A DNA stretch of 64,000 nt from Octopus vulgaris. Lineage: Eukaryota. The DNA is taken from the NCBI GenBank assembly GCA_951406725.2, contig OX597825.1:23312001-23376000 (forward strand), in the 5' to 3' direction. How positions within the stretch are numbered: the first letter of the stretch is position 1; each line of letters starts with the position of its first letter. Shown piece by piece: positions 49,714 through 64,000 of this stretch. Under the pieces are notes generated by a model. That model saw only the letters and a program-made list of their open reading frames with translations. It had not been told where the DNA came from and ran no database searches. Position numbers and translations under genes: made by a program.

Positions 49714-52700
49714 GTTTTATTACCAGTTCCTTTTTTTTTGCATTTGTCTTTGAACATTTTCATATTGGGAAATGAATGTCTGAAAGTCTGAAAGTCAGCT
49801 TAGAATAAGAACTTTCTCTGATTACCTGATAGTTTCTGTTGTGAAATAAATTTCTTTGTATCAGTAATGTACTGGGCTTTGTTCAATCAACCACACTCTT
49901 TCCCAACATTTTTTTTATTGTTGTTTCCCTGTGCGCTTGTCTGGAATATCATTACTTTTCTTAATTTCATTGCACCCAGGGAAATAGTTTGCACAGGGAA
50001 ACTTAATGATATTTGAACTCACAACTTAAGAAGGCCAAATTATTTACATGCATAACTGAGCATCTTATAAAACTATCCTTATAAAATTTGAAATACTAAC
50101 AGGCGTAGGAGTAGCTGTGTGGTAAGTAGCTTGCTTATGAACCACATGGTTCCAGGTTCAGTCCCACTTCGTGGCATCTTGGGCAAGTGTCTTCTACTAT
50201 AGCCTCGGGCCGACCAAAGCATTGTGAGTGGATATGGTAGATGGAAACTGAAGGAAGCCCATTGTATGTTTGTGTGTGTGTATGTTTATGTGTCTGTGTT
50301 TGTCTCCCCAACATCACTTGACAACCGATGCTGGTGTGTTTATGTCCCCGTAACTTAGCGATTTGGCAAAAGAGGCCAATAGAATAAGTACTAGGCTTGC
50401 AAAGAATAAGTCCTGGGGGTCGATTTGCTCAACTAAAGGCAGTGCTCCAGCATGGCCACAGTCAAATGACTGAAACAAGTAAAAGAGTAAAGAGTAAAAG
50501 AGTTAACATTTATCTGTGAAGAACTTTTGTTGTGGAATTGCAGTCACAACGAGATAAAGTCTGGTCATATTAGAAACTAAACAAAAACAAGCATAGAATT
50601 AAACAAAGAAATAGACAAACAATGTAAAAGAACAGATACACATGCCACAAGATTTTCTGACTCGATTCCTTGTGTAATTGTATTCATTTATTGATGATTT
50701 CTTATGTGCATCAAAGCATTTTACTGAATGATACTCTTGTGCATCTATTTTTAGTTCCTAGCTCCTTGCATTGATATAATTTCCGCATAAATGTCTCTCT
50801 ATTTCACTAAACAGTGGCTGATTTATGCGATTAAATGTGCGATTAAGCGGAGTTTGAATTCTTAATATATTCAGTATTTCATTTGTTGTGGAGGTGCATA
50901 GCTTAGTGGTTAGGGTGTCAGCATCATGATCGTAAGATTGTGGTTTCGATTTCTGGACCAGGCGATGTGTTGTGTTCTTGAGCAAAACACTTCATTTTAT
51001 GTTGCTCCAGTACACTCAGCTGGCAAAAATGAGTAGCGCTGCGATGGACTGGCGTCCTGTCCAGTTGGGGAACACATATACCATAGAAACCGGGAAACTG
51101 GGCCCATGAGCCTGACTAGGCTTTAAAAGGGTGCTTTTATTTATTTATTATTTCATTTGTTAGAGTAAAGTAACATTTATTTCCAACCAGTAATTCCAAA
51201 ACTAAATTTAATATTTAGTCTGCTATTTATAATATAAATTTATAATTATATAAGGAAAAAAAAAACCCTCAAAAAACTGATTAATTATATAAATTTTGAA
51301 ATGCTGAAATGTAAATTAAATCTTTTAGATAGTGTAGGTTATTGGCCTAAATGCCTTGTTTTAATCAATAATTTCAATGAATTTGATATCCGACAGTAGA
51401 TTGTTTCACATTTCAGGATCTGTCAACTAAGGAAACTATCTTATTTGCTTTTTATAAATGGCGATCTGTTCTGTTAAGAGACTAGTATACATGAACATGT
51501 AACTATTCATAATTAACATTTACTGTGTTGTAGTTAACTATAGAATATCCAGTATTACATTTATTTTGGACGTTAAAGAAATAAATGTGAAAAGGCTAAC
51601 AAAAATTTTGTAATTAACAGAAAATATAACAGAAAGAAGCAGTCAGTTTTTATCACCACAGTATATCATGTTTGATTAGGTAGCTATTAATCTTGTTCTT
51701 TCTTGGTCTATTAAGATTGCTCGTTGCAATTAAAGAAGAAGTTGGGAGTCAATACATCCCATTCATCCACTGTTTCTAGACTTGAATTATCTTCATTGCT
51801 GCAAGATTTTTTTTTTTTATGTAAGTGAGCTTACGGCTTAGCTAAAGGGTTACTGTTTTTATTAGTCTTATCTTGAGTTTCAAATTCAGTAGTTAGAGAT
51901 AAATGGTTTAAGACTAACATACCTCCCTCTTGTAAATTGAATTAGGACTTGTTGTAAAAAGACTATTTCAATCACCAGAATCTTTTTCAGCTAATGGATA
52001 AAAATTTTTTGATGATCAAACTGTCTTTTTTTTTTCCTTTTTTAAGAATAAATTCTTTTAGTCTTTCTAGTGTTGAATAACATGTAAAGTTAAATGTTAT
52101 GCCTCAAGATGATTGCATCTTTATTGCTCTACAAAGAAATGATTTAATATTCTTTGAAGCAAACGAGAATTCTTTATTCCATTGTTTTTAAAGTCTTGCT
52201 TGTTTGCAGTATACATTATTGAATAGTTTTCCATATCATGCCATTCTGTTGTTCATTGTGTCTCCTTGATAATAGTTGGTGAGGAGACAGTCATCCTAGC
52301 CACAAGAACATTAACAAGCCAACTTAAATATTCTTGACTGAGAGCGACTGAGAGCTTGAAGTTTCTAACAAAGAGAATAAAGAGGAGGAGCATTGAACTG
52401 TTGTTTGGGAAGTTAAAAATTTGCTTTATTTAAGTGTGAAAAATGAGAGTAACTGTTACAAAGTAATAAAAACATCAGTAGCAATAACTGAATAAGAATC
52501 TTTTGCCCATTTTGCTTTCTGTCGAATTTCGAATTTCGTAAAGGTCAGAGCTTTTCTCACCAGCCTCGCTTTTGCAGTTCAAGTGACACAACTAGAAGAC
52601 AGCAAAGGCTCAAACCTCACAACTCTATTTTACCTCACTATCTCTTTTGTTAAAAATCATAGAAAATAACCCTTGGAAAAACTCCTTTACAACTGTATTT

Positions 52701-52714
52701 CTGAATGACTCTAC

Positions 52715-53400
52715 AGCATCACCACCACCACCACTGCCGCCACTGCCGCCACTGCCACCACCACCTCCACCACCACCACTGCCACCACCACCATCATCAC
52801 CACTACACCACTGCCACTGCCACCACCACCACCACCACCATCATCACCACTACACCACCACCACTGCCACCACCACCACCACCATTATCACCACTACACC
52901 ACTACCACCACTGCCGCCACTGCCACCACCACCATCATCACCACTACACCACCACCACCACTGCCACCACCACCACCACCACCATCACCACCACTACACC
53001 ACCACCACCACTGCCACCACCACCATCATCACCACTACACCACCACCACCACTGCTGCCACCACCACCACCATCATCACCACTACACCACCACTGCCACC
53101 ACCACCACCACCACCATCATCACCACTACACCACTACCACCACTGCCACCACCACCACCAACATCATCACCACTACACCACTACCACCACTGCCGCCACT
53201 GCCACCACCACCATCACCACCACCACTGCCACCACCACCACCACTGCCACCACCACCACCACTGCCACCACCACCATCATCACCACTACACCACCACCGC
53301 CACTGCCACCGCCGTCACACCACCCCTCCTCCTCTTCCACCACCAGCAACAGCAGCAGCATCACTGTTGTCATCGTCGTCATCATTGGCAATCATCATTG
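52715..53400. repeat. (CCA)n-based microsatellite with higher-order minisatellite units
   Basis: Recurring ccatcatcaccactacaccac...ctgccacc units. Confidence 0.95.
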
Positions 53401-54569
53401 TCATTGTTTTAGCATTTAAGCTTCCATGTTTGCATGAGTCAAGTAGAATTTGCCGGGACAGATTTTCTACATTCGGATTCTCTTCCTGACTGACATCAGT
53501 TCTCATCTGTTACCAAATGAGCTAATTTTTTCCCTTGGGTCAGGCATGTTCCCTCTGGATATTGCGAATGAACGGCACAGCTTATATGACAGAGATGTTT
53601 GTTTGCAAAAACATGTAGATGAACACTGATGATCCATGATGTTGTAGTGGGTAGGGTCTGTTTTAGATACTAGCATGAGTTGGATGGTTTGGGAGGTGCA
53701 CCAAGCATGTAATATAGACCCAACTTTGCATATAGGACCCAGGTATGATCTTTTTGAGACTCTCTCTTGAAAAAAGTACATCTTAGATACCATCAAATAT
53801 GATTTATGAAAAGTTTCTCACTTTTTGTTTTGACATGCTGAAATTGGAGATTAAATTCTAGCAGTCAGTTTGGTTAATAATCAAGAATTCAGATGTTGGA
53901 ATTTCTATGTTTGGCAACTTTATTGAAATAGTTCCTTTAAGAGAACTAGTGTTTTATATAAATAGTTCTGAAAGAAAGTCAGTTATTGATGGGGGAAAAA
54001 ATGATTTGTGATATTAAAAATAGTTTATTTCTGTAAATTAATTCTGTTGTAGATGTGTTGTCCATAAATTTTTCGAATCAAATATTTCTTTTTAATGAAA
54101 AAAGCTGAGTTTAAAAATCTATAAGTTTTTTTTATTTTCATTTTTAATATTGTTTCATTGTAATGAGTATGGGGAAAAATTAACATATAATAAAAGTACT
54201 TTTGAATTGTCTTCTAATTTATTACTGTCTTTTTTTCTCATTTCTCTTTCATAAACTGATAAAAAAAAATTTACACACATAATGCATAATTTATTCTTCA
54301 TTTCGCTCCTGTATTTGGAAAATGAATTATTTATTGTTACACCCTACTGTTATTTCCCATACAGACCACATCCAGTAACCAAAATATATTTGTGCTGTTA
54401 TGTACAAACTGTTTTCATCTCTTTGTCTGCTTAATTAATTTATTCAGTGTTGACTGATATCTTTGATTTTGCTGAAAGTTCAAAAGTTTTTATTAATAAT
54501 TATATTTTTAAAAAATTTTTAAAAAGCCAGCCTTGTCTCTATTAAATATGTCATATGCTGGGTTAGTAA

Positions 54570-55081
54570 TCTATATATATAAAACTGTAGTTGTGTGAGT
54601 GTCTGTCCCCTTCGATTTAGATTCCTAACTACTCCCACATTTTGCGGTGCAGTTTAATCAAATTCGGTATCTTATAGTCGTGATTCATATCGAGCCTGTC
54701 TGAGTATTAGCGCGCGTCTACGATGAGTCTACGATTTTAAAAATAATTTAACATTATTTTTTATTCCATTTTAATGCATAATTTTTCGTGTGTCAATGGT
54801 GGCGGAGTTGGCGTCCATGGTCACACCTGCACCTGTTTGCTTCTCCCCCTTCTTCCCTCCCTCGTGAAGCTGTGGGGAAGGGAGTGTAAGGAAATCAACG
54901 TCGTAAAGCGTTGTCAAGGAGACCAGCGTTCTTTTAGAACAACGACTTCATGGCTTGAAGACACCAAAACAGAAATGGCTAAGAAAGCCCGAATTGGCAT
55001 CTATAAGGGAAGTAACTCTCTAAAAATGCTTATATAGTTATTTCCCTTACAAACCCGAGCAACGCCGGGTGATACTGCTAG
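54570..55081 (+). mobile_element. Non-autonomous Helitron, family C
   Basis: A|TCTATATATATAAAACTG...aaacccgagcaacgccgggtgatactgCTAG|T. Confidence 0.85.
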
Positions 55082-56300
55082 TGAGTTATAGAAAAAAAAT
55101 CAAAATTAGCTGCTTTTGTGAGTGAAAACCTGTGGGAAAAGACCCAAACAAGGGAAGGGTTCCAAAGGGTTGACATTCAAGGAAGGAAGGCTGAATATAT
55201 ATTTCTTTACTACCAACAAGGGGCTAAACATAGAGTGGACAAACAAAGGGATTAAGTCGATTTCATTGACCCCAGTGTGTAACTGGTACTTAATTTATCG
55301 ACCCTGAAAGGATGAAAGGCAAAGTCGACCTCGGCGGAATTTGAACTCAGAACGTAACGGCAGACGAAATACCGCTAGACATTTCACCCGGTGTGCTAAC
55401 GTTTCTGCCAGCTCGCCACCCATATATATATATTTCTTTAAGGCAAAGTCGACCTCGGCGGAATTTAAACTCAGAACGTAACGGCAGACGAAATACCGCT
55501 AGACATTTCGCCCAGCGTGCTAACGTTTCTGCCAGCTCGCTGTTGAATATAATGGTCAGTATGGTGTTGGTGTTGAGGGTGGACACAACAGGGGTAATAT
55601 GTGAAAGAAAAATGAATAGGTTGTGAATGCATAAGTGGAGGTGGCAAGAGCCCAGTTAGCCAACTCTGAGGAGCAGTGGCCATTACAATAGCAGTAGGAC
55701 AAAGAGAAAAAGGTGACAGCTTACATGTAAACCAGAGGCTGAAGTATATCAATGAGTGAATTTATGTCAGTCAGACAGATGGTCCTTGTCTGGATGGGTC
55801 TAGGATAACCATGGGAAAACTGTGACCCGTTGGCACTTTCTGAATGGTACACCTAACAAAAAAAAATTACCTTTAATTTTTTTAGTAGTGCAGCCTGTCT
55901 GATGGTGAGTCATGTGTCATCCTGCTTGCTTCTTGGAAAAAGGTGGCCCTTGCTTGGTTTAGGATGTCTGTGAGTGCTATAAGCAATATCGCTGCAGATG
56001 TTGGAGCAATACTCCATTGTGGGCCTCTTAACTATACAGCCATTAAATTGCTTTTGCTAACATTCTTGTGGACATGTGACCACTTTTTGTTATGAAAAAT
56101 GTTGATCAAATATTGGGTCAAATTATTTCTTCCATTAATAGGAGGTGGTGCATTTCTCATGTGCACCTATTTATATTATTATCCTTATTATTATCATTTT
56201 CAGGGTTGATAAATTAAGTACTAGTGAAGCATTGGAGGTTGATGTAATTGACTAGTTCCTTCCACTGAAATTTCAGGCCTTGTGCCTTTATTAGAAAGGA

Positions 56301-56301
56301 T

Positions 56302-56363
<62 letters not shown>

Positions 56364-56376
56364 AGGTGGTAGGCTG

Positions 56377-56423
<47 letters not shown>

Positions 56424-56438
56424 ATTATTATTATTATT
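56301..56438. repeat. (TAC)n and (TTA)n microsatellites at SINE tails
   Basis: Directly visible. Confidence 0.95.
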
Positions 56439-59400
56439 AAGGTGGTAGTATTGTTAACATGCCAGCCAAAATTCTCAGTGATATTTTGTCCATTTTTACT
56501 TTCTTAGTTCAAATTCTGCTGAGGTCGACTTTGCCTTTCATCCTTTTAGGGTCAGTAAAATAGGTACCAGTGGAGCACTGGGGTTGATTTAATCGACTTA
56601 GTTGGCGGAATCATTTGCATGCCAGAAAAACTGCCGAGTGCTATTTTGTCTGTTTTGACATTCTAAGTTCAAGTTCTGCCGAGGTCAATTTTGCCTTTTA
56701 TCCTATTGGGATAAGGGTAGGGTGGAGGTTGATTAAATATGCACCAGTCCAACACTGGGTTTTGATGTAATTGACCATCCCTTATCCCCAATAATTTCAG
56801 GCCTTTTAATATGAGGGAAATTTGGCTGCTATTTCTAGCAGGTTGGGTAACAACTCAGAAGTAGGAAAATATAACTCAGTGTTATTGAAGATAACTATTT
56901 TAGTATTGGTAAATGTATTCCAGCTTTTTGATTCAACCAAGATATTGTATATTTTATTGCCTAACTAATAATGATACTACAGTGGCTGCTACCAGTTCCC
57001 TGCATATTTCTATGCTAGAGATATTCCATTATTTATTTATCTATTTATCTATTTATTATTTTTTTTTTTAAAAAACACATCTATTTTTCTCTTGAAAGCA
57101 AGCATTGAATGCATTTACTGTTGAGAAATTTCTATTAGTTATTGTTAGCTAATCTCAGTCAACCGTGACTGGGTAGATTTCTGATATGGTGGCAATTGAT
57201 CAGTTGTTGATCAATTATTTCAGTCCTCGCAACCACTACACCCAGCGTGCAATAATATCATAACACTGAGATTTAATTAGATGGGGCCATAGTGGTTATG
57301 ATGGTTGAAAAATTGTGAGTCCAGTGAAATTATTATAAAATACTGCATGAGTCATTCTGGAAAGTAGAGAGGTGGGGGGGATTTTTGTGTTTAGTGGGAT
57401 GTTTTCAGATTTACTTAGTATTCCCTGTGCTTTTGTTTTGAAAAGTTTACTTAGGGGCCCCATGTTCTGAGTTTGGATATTTTCGATGGGATCGTAGTTT
57501 TGAAATACCATTCTGAAGAAGCTCAGACTCTCTAACAATTGAGTACAACAACAACATCATCATCGTCATCGTCGTCATCATCACCACCACCACAACTGCC
57601 ACTACCACCACCACCGCCACCACCACCACCACCACTACCACCAACATCATCATCACCATCACCATCATCATCATCATCATCATCATCGTTGTCCTCGTCA
57701 TTGTTGTCCTCGTCATCATCATTTAATGTCCATTTCCCATGCTGGCTTGGGTTGGATGGTTAGACAGGAGCTGACCAGATGGAGAGCTGCACTAGGCTCC
57801 ACTTGTCTCTTTTGGCATGGTTCCAATGACTTGATGCCCTTCCTAATGCCAACCACTTTACAAAGTTTTCTGGCTGGTTTTTACATGGTGCCAGCAAGGG
57901 TGCTTTTTACATGGCTCCAGCACAGGTGTTTTTTTTATGTGGCACCTGCATGGATACATTTTATGTGGCACCAGCACAGGAGCTTTTTACATGACACTAG
58001 AATGGCTGGCTTTTATGTGGCACCAACACAAGTGTTTTTTTCATGCATCCTAATCTTGTAAGCATTAGATACTTTTTTTTTTCAATTTTATTTATCATCA
58101 TCATCATCATTTAACATTCGCTTTCCATGCTAGCATGGGTTGGACGATTTGACTGAGGGCTGGCGAACCAGATGGCTGCACCAGACTCCAATCTGATCTG
58201 GCAGAGTTTCTACAGCTGGATGCCCTTCTTAACACCAACCACTCTGTGAGTGTAGTGGGTGGTTTTATGTGCTACCGGCACGAGAGCCAGTCAGGCGGTA
58301 CTGGCAACAGCCACGCTCAAATGGTGCTTTTTATGTGCCACCTGCACAGGAGCCAGTCCTGCGGAACTGGCAATGACTTGCTCAAATGTTTTATACACAT
58401 GCCACCAGCACTATTTTAAAGAAGAATGATAAGAATCATCACCACTACCATCGTCATCATCATCATCGTCGTCATCATCATCATCATCATCATCACCATC
58501 ATCATCATCATTTTAACATTCACATTTCCATACTTTTGAGGGTCAGACAAAATTTGTCAATGCAGATTTTACTCTTGGATGCTTTTCCTGTCACTTATCC
58601 TCACAACACCTCTTGTATGATGGTGATGTACGTTTACAACTAGCATGAGATGTCAAGATAAGGAGATATGTGCAGCACTCACTCAAGCACATACTCTGGC
58701 ATTCTACTGGTTATGACAATGAGTGTTCCCGTTGATTCAATCAACAGAACAGCCTGCTTGTGAAATCAACTTTTCAAGTGGCTGAGTACTCCATAGACAT
58801 ACATGCCGTTAACATGGTTCTCAGGGTGATTCAGCGCAACACAGAATGTGACAAGGTTAAAAGTACAACCCATTTTTGCCAGTTGAGTGGAGCAATGTGA
58901 AATAGAGTGTCTTGCTCAAGAAGACACAATGCACCACTGGGAATTGTGGAGGCACGTGGCGTAGTGGTTAGAGCGGCAGACTCACGGTCGATGGATCGCG
59001 GGTTCGAATCTCAGACTGGACGATGCGTGTGTTTATGAGCAAAACAACTAAGCTCCACGCGGCTCCGGCAGAATGTAATGGCAAACTTCTGCTGACTCTT
59101 TTGCCACAACTGTCTCTCACTCTTTCCTCCAGCATCTTGCAGCTCACCTGCTATGGACCGGCATCCAATCCAGGTGGGGAACCTATATGCCAAAGAAACC
59201 GGGAAACCGGCCCTATGAGCCAGGCGTGGCTCGAGAAGGAACAAACAGCAAAAAAACTGCTGGGAATTGAACTGAGAGCCTTACAACTGTGACACCTTTA
59301 CCATGCACATATAGTCCTGTCTCTCTCTCACACACACACACACACAAACATATCTGATAGGTATCCAAATAGTATATGTCTACCAAATTCATTCTCAAAG

Positions 59401-60723
59401 TTATAATAGAAGACACTTAACCAAAGTATTGTGAAGTGGGATACAACTTCGAACCACGTGCTTGTGAAGTAAACTTCTTCACCACACAATCTTGGCTGCG
59501 AATGATCAAAGGATTTCTTAGATTTCTATTCCTTTTGTTATTGTTTGAAGTCATTTTTATCTGAATATTACAGTTGGCTGACTTGATAGAATACCAGCCA
59601 AAAGGCTGAATGTTTCATATTTCTTATTGGCAAACACATCTGACTGTTGTGTTGCTGCAAAATTGGTACTAGCTGACGGTACATAGTTTAATCATAAGTT
59701 TAATCATAGACACTGACTAGTTTTATGATTCTTTTGTTACTTTGAATCTCCTTCTTGTCATTCACCACCACCACCACCACCATCCATCATCACTACCACC
59801 ACCCCACCACTGTCATAGTTGTCATTGTCACCATTATTATTATTATTATTATTATTATCATATTTCGTTTTTGGATTTGGTTTGCAAGATTCTTTATGTG
59901 AGTTCGTGTGTTGAAGCATATTCTGTTGTGTCTGGGGAGAGTCATTTTCTTTTTGTGCCTTATAATGTAACACACTCACCGGTAGAATTTTCACTTTTTT
60001 ATTCTTATTTTTATGTTCCTAAAATTTTCGTTGCGTCTTGCAACCTTTTCAATAGTTTTGACTCTGTCCGTTATTTACACTGTGTTCTCTTTTGTTTGTT
60101 TGTGCGCATGTGTGTGGGTCTCTGTGTGTGTGTGTGTGTGTGCCTATACATGCATGCATGTGTGTATGTATGTATGTGTATGTTTGCATATGTATGTATG
60201 TATATATGTGTGTATAGAGATTAGCAGAAGTTACAGAGTGACTCAACAGCCTAGACTTTTGTGCAATGGCTCTTATCAAGTGATAGGTTTAGTAATCAGG
60301 GGTACCCCATTGTAACACAAATCTGAACTGCATTTCATCTAAACTAATTCCCTTCCAAATCAGTTCTGCTATAATTCTTTCCAATATTTCCATAACTTTC
60401 TCCATCAGTTGTAAGTTCATATTATTTTATAGGTGGTTTCTTGTTAGTTTCCACCTGAAGTTGTGGTCTTGATAACATGGTGCATTATCGAACATACCCA
60501 GGTGCTGGCATGGCTGTGTGGGTAAGAAGTTTGCTTCATAACCGCCACATGGTTTCACGTTCAATCTCACAGTTTCGTACCTTTGGCAAGTTTCTTTTAT
60601 TTTAGCCTTGGGCTGATCAATGTCTTGTGAGTGGAATTGGTTGACAGAAAATGAAACCCATCATTTGTATGTACACGTGTCTTGTCTGTGTATGTGTGTG
60701 TGTCCATAAGTGTGTGTGTGTGT

Positions 60724-60782
<59 letters not shown>

Positions 60783-61781
60783 CATCTGCGTGTTTGTTTA
60801 GACTTGTACTTCTCCAAAAATCAATCACTGAGCTACAAGTTATGACATTGTTATTTCCCCTGTTAACAAATTGTTGGGTTTTTTGCACCTCTTTACTCTT
60901 TACTCTTTTACTTGTTTCAGTCATTTGACTGTGGCCATGCTGGAGCACCGCCTTTAGTTGAGCAAATCGACCCCAGGACTTATTCTTTGTAAGCCTAGTA
61001 CTTATTCTATCGGTCTCTTTTGCCGAACCGCTAAGTTACGGGGACGTAAACACACCAGCATCAGTTGTCAAGCAATGTTGGAGGGACAAACACAGACACA
61101 CAAACATATACACACACATACATATACACACACACACACATATATATATATACATACGACGGGCTTCTTACAGTTTCCGTCTACCAAATCCACTCACAAG
61201 GCTTTGGTCGGCCCGAGGCTATAGTAGAAGACACTTGCCCAAGGTGCCACACAATGGGAATGAACCCGGAACCATGTGGTTCTTAAGCAAGCTGCTTACC
61301 ACACAGCCACTCCTATGCCTATAGACAAATAATATAAAAGATCCCTTACTTGCAAAACAAGTAAGGGTTAATATCAGGAAAGGCATCCAGCTGTAAAGAA
61401 ATGCCTTAATAATATATTTATCTAACCCATGCCGGCATGTAAAAAAATGGATGTGAAAACACAAGAATGAAAGAACAAACTTATTCATTATATTTCGATA
61501 ATTATTAGTAATCTTTTTACCTGTCATTTCATTTTATGATTAATTAACTGTTAGCCATAATGACTGTAGTTTCTTTGTTTATTCTTTAGCTAATCAGGCT
61601 TGGTTTTCTTACCAGATCATTGCCTATGTACTGTTTGGTGAAATCAATCAACTAATATTTATTCTATACTAGCAAATGAGAGAGTAATTAAATCACATCA
61701 CTGGCAGCAATTAGAAATAGTTAACTTTTTCTAATTGATAGTCTTCAGTGATTTAATAGATATTTGTTGTTTTTTATTGTG

Positions 61782-61786
<5 letters not shown>

Positions 61787-61864
<78 letters not shown>

Positions 61865-62140
61865 GTCTATCACTGTTTGAGTTGCATAATAGTGGTTTTA
61901 TCTCTAATTTATATTTATATATATATACACATATATAGATATACATACACACACACATATACTATACGCATATATATATATACATACACGTGCACTTACA
62001 CACACACGCACAAGTATATATATATATGTATGTTATGTATGTGTACATACTGTACATAAGTACATATATATACATGCACAGACACAAGTATATATATATA
62101 TATATGTGTATATATATATATGTATTTATATATCTATCTA

Positions 62141-62182
<42 letters not shown>

Positions 62183-62400
62183 TATACATACACACACATA
62201 TACTATACGCATATATATACATACACATGCACTTACACACGCACGCACAAGTATATATATATATGTATGTTATGTATGTGTACATACTGTACATATGTAC
62301 GTATATATATACATGCACAGACACAGGTATATATATATATATATATATATATACAGTGCATATTATATAATGTGTGTGTGTGTGCGTATATATACATTTA
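61787..62400. repeat. (TA)n/(TG)n low-complexity block containing a ~200-bp tandem duplication
   Basis: actatacgcatatata...gcacttacacac...caagtata...gtatgttatgtatgtgtacatactgtacata...catgcacagacac occurs at ~61960 and ~62200. Confidence 0.9.
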
Positions 62401-62873
62401 CATATCAGTATTTTCCGGTTGAATTTACCATTAAGTGTTGGAGTTAAATATTATCTCTCCATCACTAACATCTAGGTGTGATTATTTGGCACAACTATCT
62501 GAGTTGTTGATTTTATACAGAGATACAGTTGTTTCTTTTGTGCCATTAGTGTAAATGAAATACTTCTTAAAAGTGTCTGGCATGGCATATGTCATCGAGC
62601 AATTATGTGTGAAGCTACTAGCAAAGAAAATACTGTGTATTATCAATTTACTCTCTCTCTTTTCTCTTTTACTCTTTTACTTGTTTCAGTCATTTGACTG
62701 TGGCCATGCTGGAGCACCGCCTTTAGTCGAGCAAATCGACCTTGGGACTTATTCTTTGTAAGCCCAGTACTTTTTCTATCGGTCTCTTTTGCCGAACCGC
62801 TAAGAGACAGGGACGTAAACACACCAGCATCGGTTGTCAGGCAATGCTAGGGGGGACAAACACATACATACAC

Positions 62874-62904
<31 letters not shown>

Positions 62905-64000
62905 CATATATACGACAGGCTTCTTTCAGTTTCTGTCTACCAAATCCACTCACAAGGCATTGGTCGGCCCGGGGCTATAGCAGAAGACACTTGCCCAAGA
63001 TGCCACGCAGTGGGACTGAACCCGGAACCATGTGGTTGGTTAGCAAGCTACTTACCACACAGCCACTCCTGTGCAAAACCTCATATTTTATGAGACATAG
63101 TCTGCTTTTTAATCTTTTATCTTTTGTCTTTTTGTTTGTTTGTGTTATTTTGTTTGTTCCTTCTCGAGCCATGTCTGGTCCATAAGGGCCCTGTTTCCTG
63201 GTTTCCTGGGCGTATAGGTTCCCCGCCTGGACGGGAAGCCGGTCCATCACAGGTGAGCTGCAAGATGCAGGAGGAAAGAGTGAGAGAAAGTTGTGGCGAA
63301 AGAGTCAGCAGAAGTTCGTCATTACCTTCTGCCGGAGCTGCGTGAAGATTAGGTGTTTCACTCATAAACACACACATCACCCGGTCTGAGATTCGAACCC
63401 GCGGTTTCTTGACCACAAGTCCACTGCTCTAACCACTGGGCCATGTGCCTCCACTTTGTGTTATTGAACTGCGGCATGCTGGGGCTCTTGCCTTCAAGCA
63501 TTTTAGTTGAACAAATTGACTTGGTACGTTTTCTTTTTCTATTTGGAACTTTTGCTGCACTGCTATGTTATGGAGATGTCAACAAACCAACACTGGTTGT
63601 CAGGTAGTGATGGAGGACAAATAAAATCATGAACATAAAGGCACATACACACATGCACATTATATACCATCTTCATCATCATCATCATTATCATCATCTT
63701 CAACATTCAACAACTGTTCTCTATGCTGACATGGGTTGGACTGCTTGACAGGAACTAGCAAGGCCAGGGGCCACACCAAGTTCTATTGTCTATTTTGGCT
63801 TCTTGGTTCCTACAGCTGGATGCCCTTCTTAATGCCAACCACTCCACAATGTACTGGGTGGTTTTTACATGACATCATCACCAGCAATTTTTCAAGGCAC
63901 CAGCACCCACGCTGATGCTTTTTACGTGACACCTTGGTTTTAGAGTCTCACTATATATTTGTGTGTGTGTGTGTGTGCATATTTACACATATGATGGGCT

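Noticed and set aside
50597-50672. Frame reading LNKEIDKQCKRTD, resembling the recalled SIX6OS1 segment EEIDHYCK, as candidate exon 3
   Set aside because: The only phase-compatible acceptor (aaacaagcatag) has no pyrimidine tract, there is an in-frame stop at 50578 just upstream, and no good donor. Probably chance, though worth a look in RNA-seq.
52647-53489. 280-aa Pro/His/Thr-rich ORF resembling formin or extensin
   Set aside because: It is a (CCA)n repeat at a SINE-type tail, open in several frames, with no splice or domain evidence.
58948-59025. tRNA-like sequence with A and B boxes (also at 41808, 50890, 2193 and 7380-7405)
   Set aside because: These are SINE heads or fragments, mostly continuing into SINE bodies, with no complete cloverleaf acceptor stem.

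Overview
AT-rich, repeat-dense eukaryotic DNA. The SINE families, microsatellite load and RTE/Penelope content point to an octopus (coleoid cephalopod) genome; this is an inference from repeat content. Two host genes appear to be arranged head-to-head around a CpG-richer region at about 6.2-7.4 kb. On the minus strand is the first coding exon of a mitochondrial carrier SLC25A35-like gene (5759-6175). On the plus strand are two very small coding exons (23772-23814 and 26762-26818) that the ORF track misses. They splice in frame to MTDSPELDQLIQNY|EFDNEQFLKCIERENQLIK, which resembles the N-terminus of the synaptonemal-complex protein SIX6OS1/C14orf39. The rest is apparently intronic and filled with transposons: an internally deleted Gypsy LTR element with both LTRs, PBS, PPT and TSD; a 5'-truncated Neptune-type Penelope-like element (RT + GIY-YIG) in an (AT)n tract; a decayed RTE LINE with C-terminal C2H2 fingers; a decayed Charlie-type hAT; two mariner relics; non-autonomous Helitrons; Merlin-like, piggyBac-like and Tc2/pogo-like MITEs; many tRNA-derived SINEs; and long microsatellites. 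Most ORFs in the supplied track are artefacts of microsatellites or SINEs.
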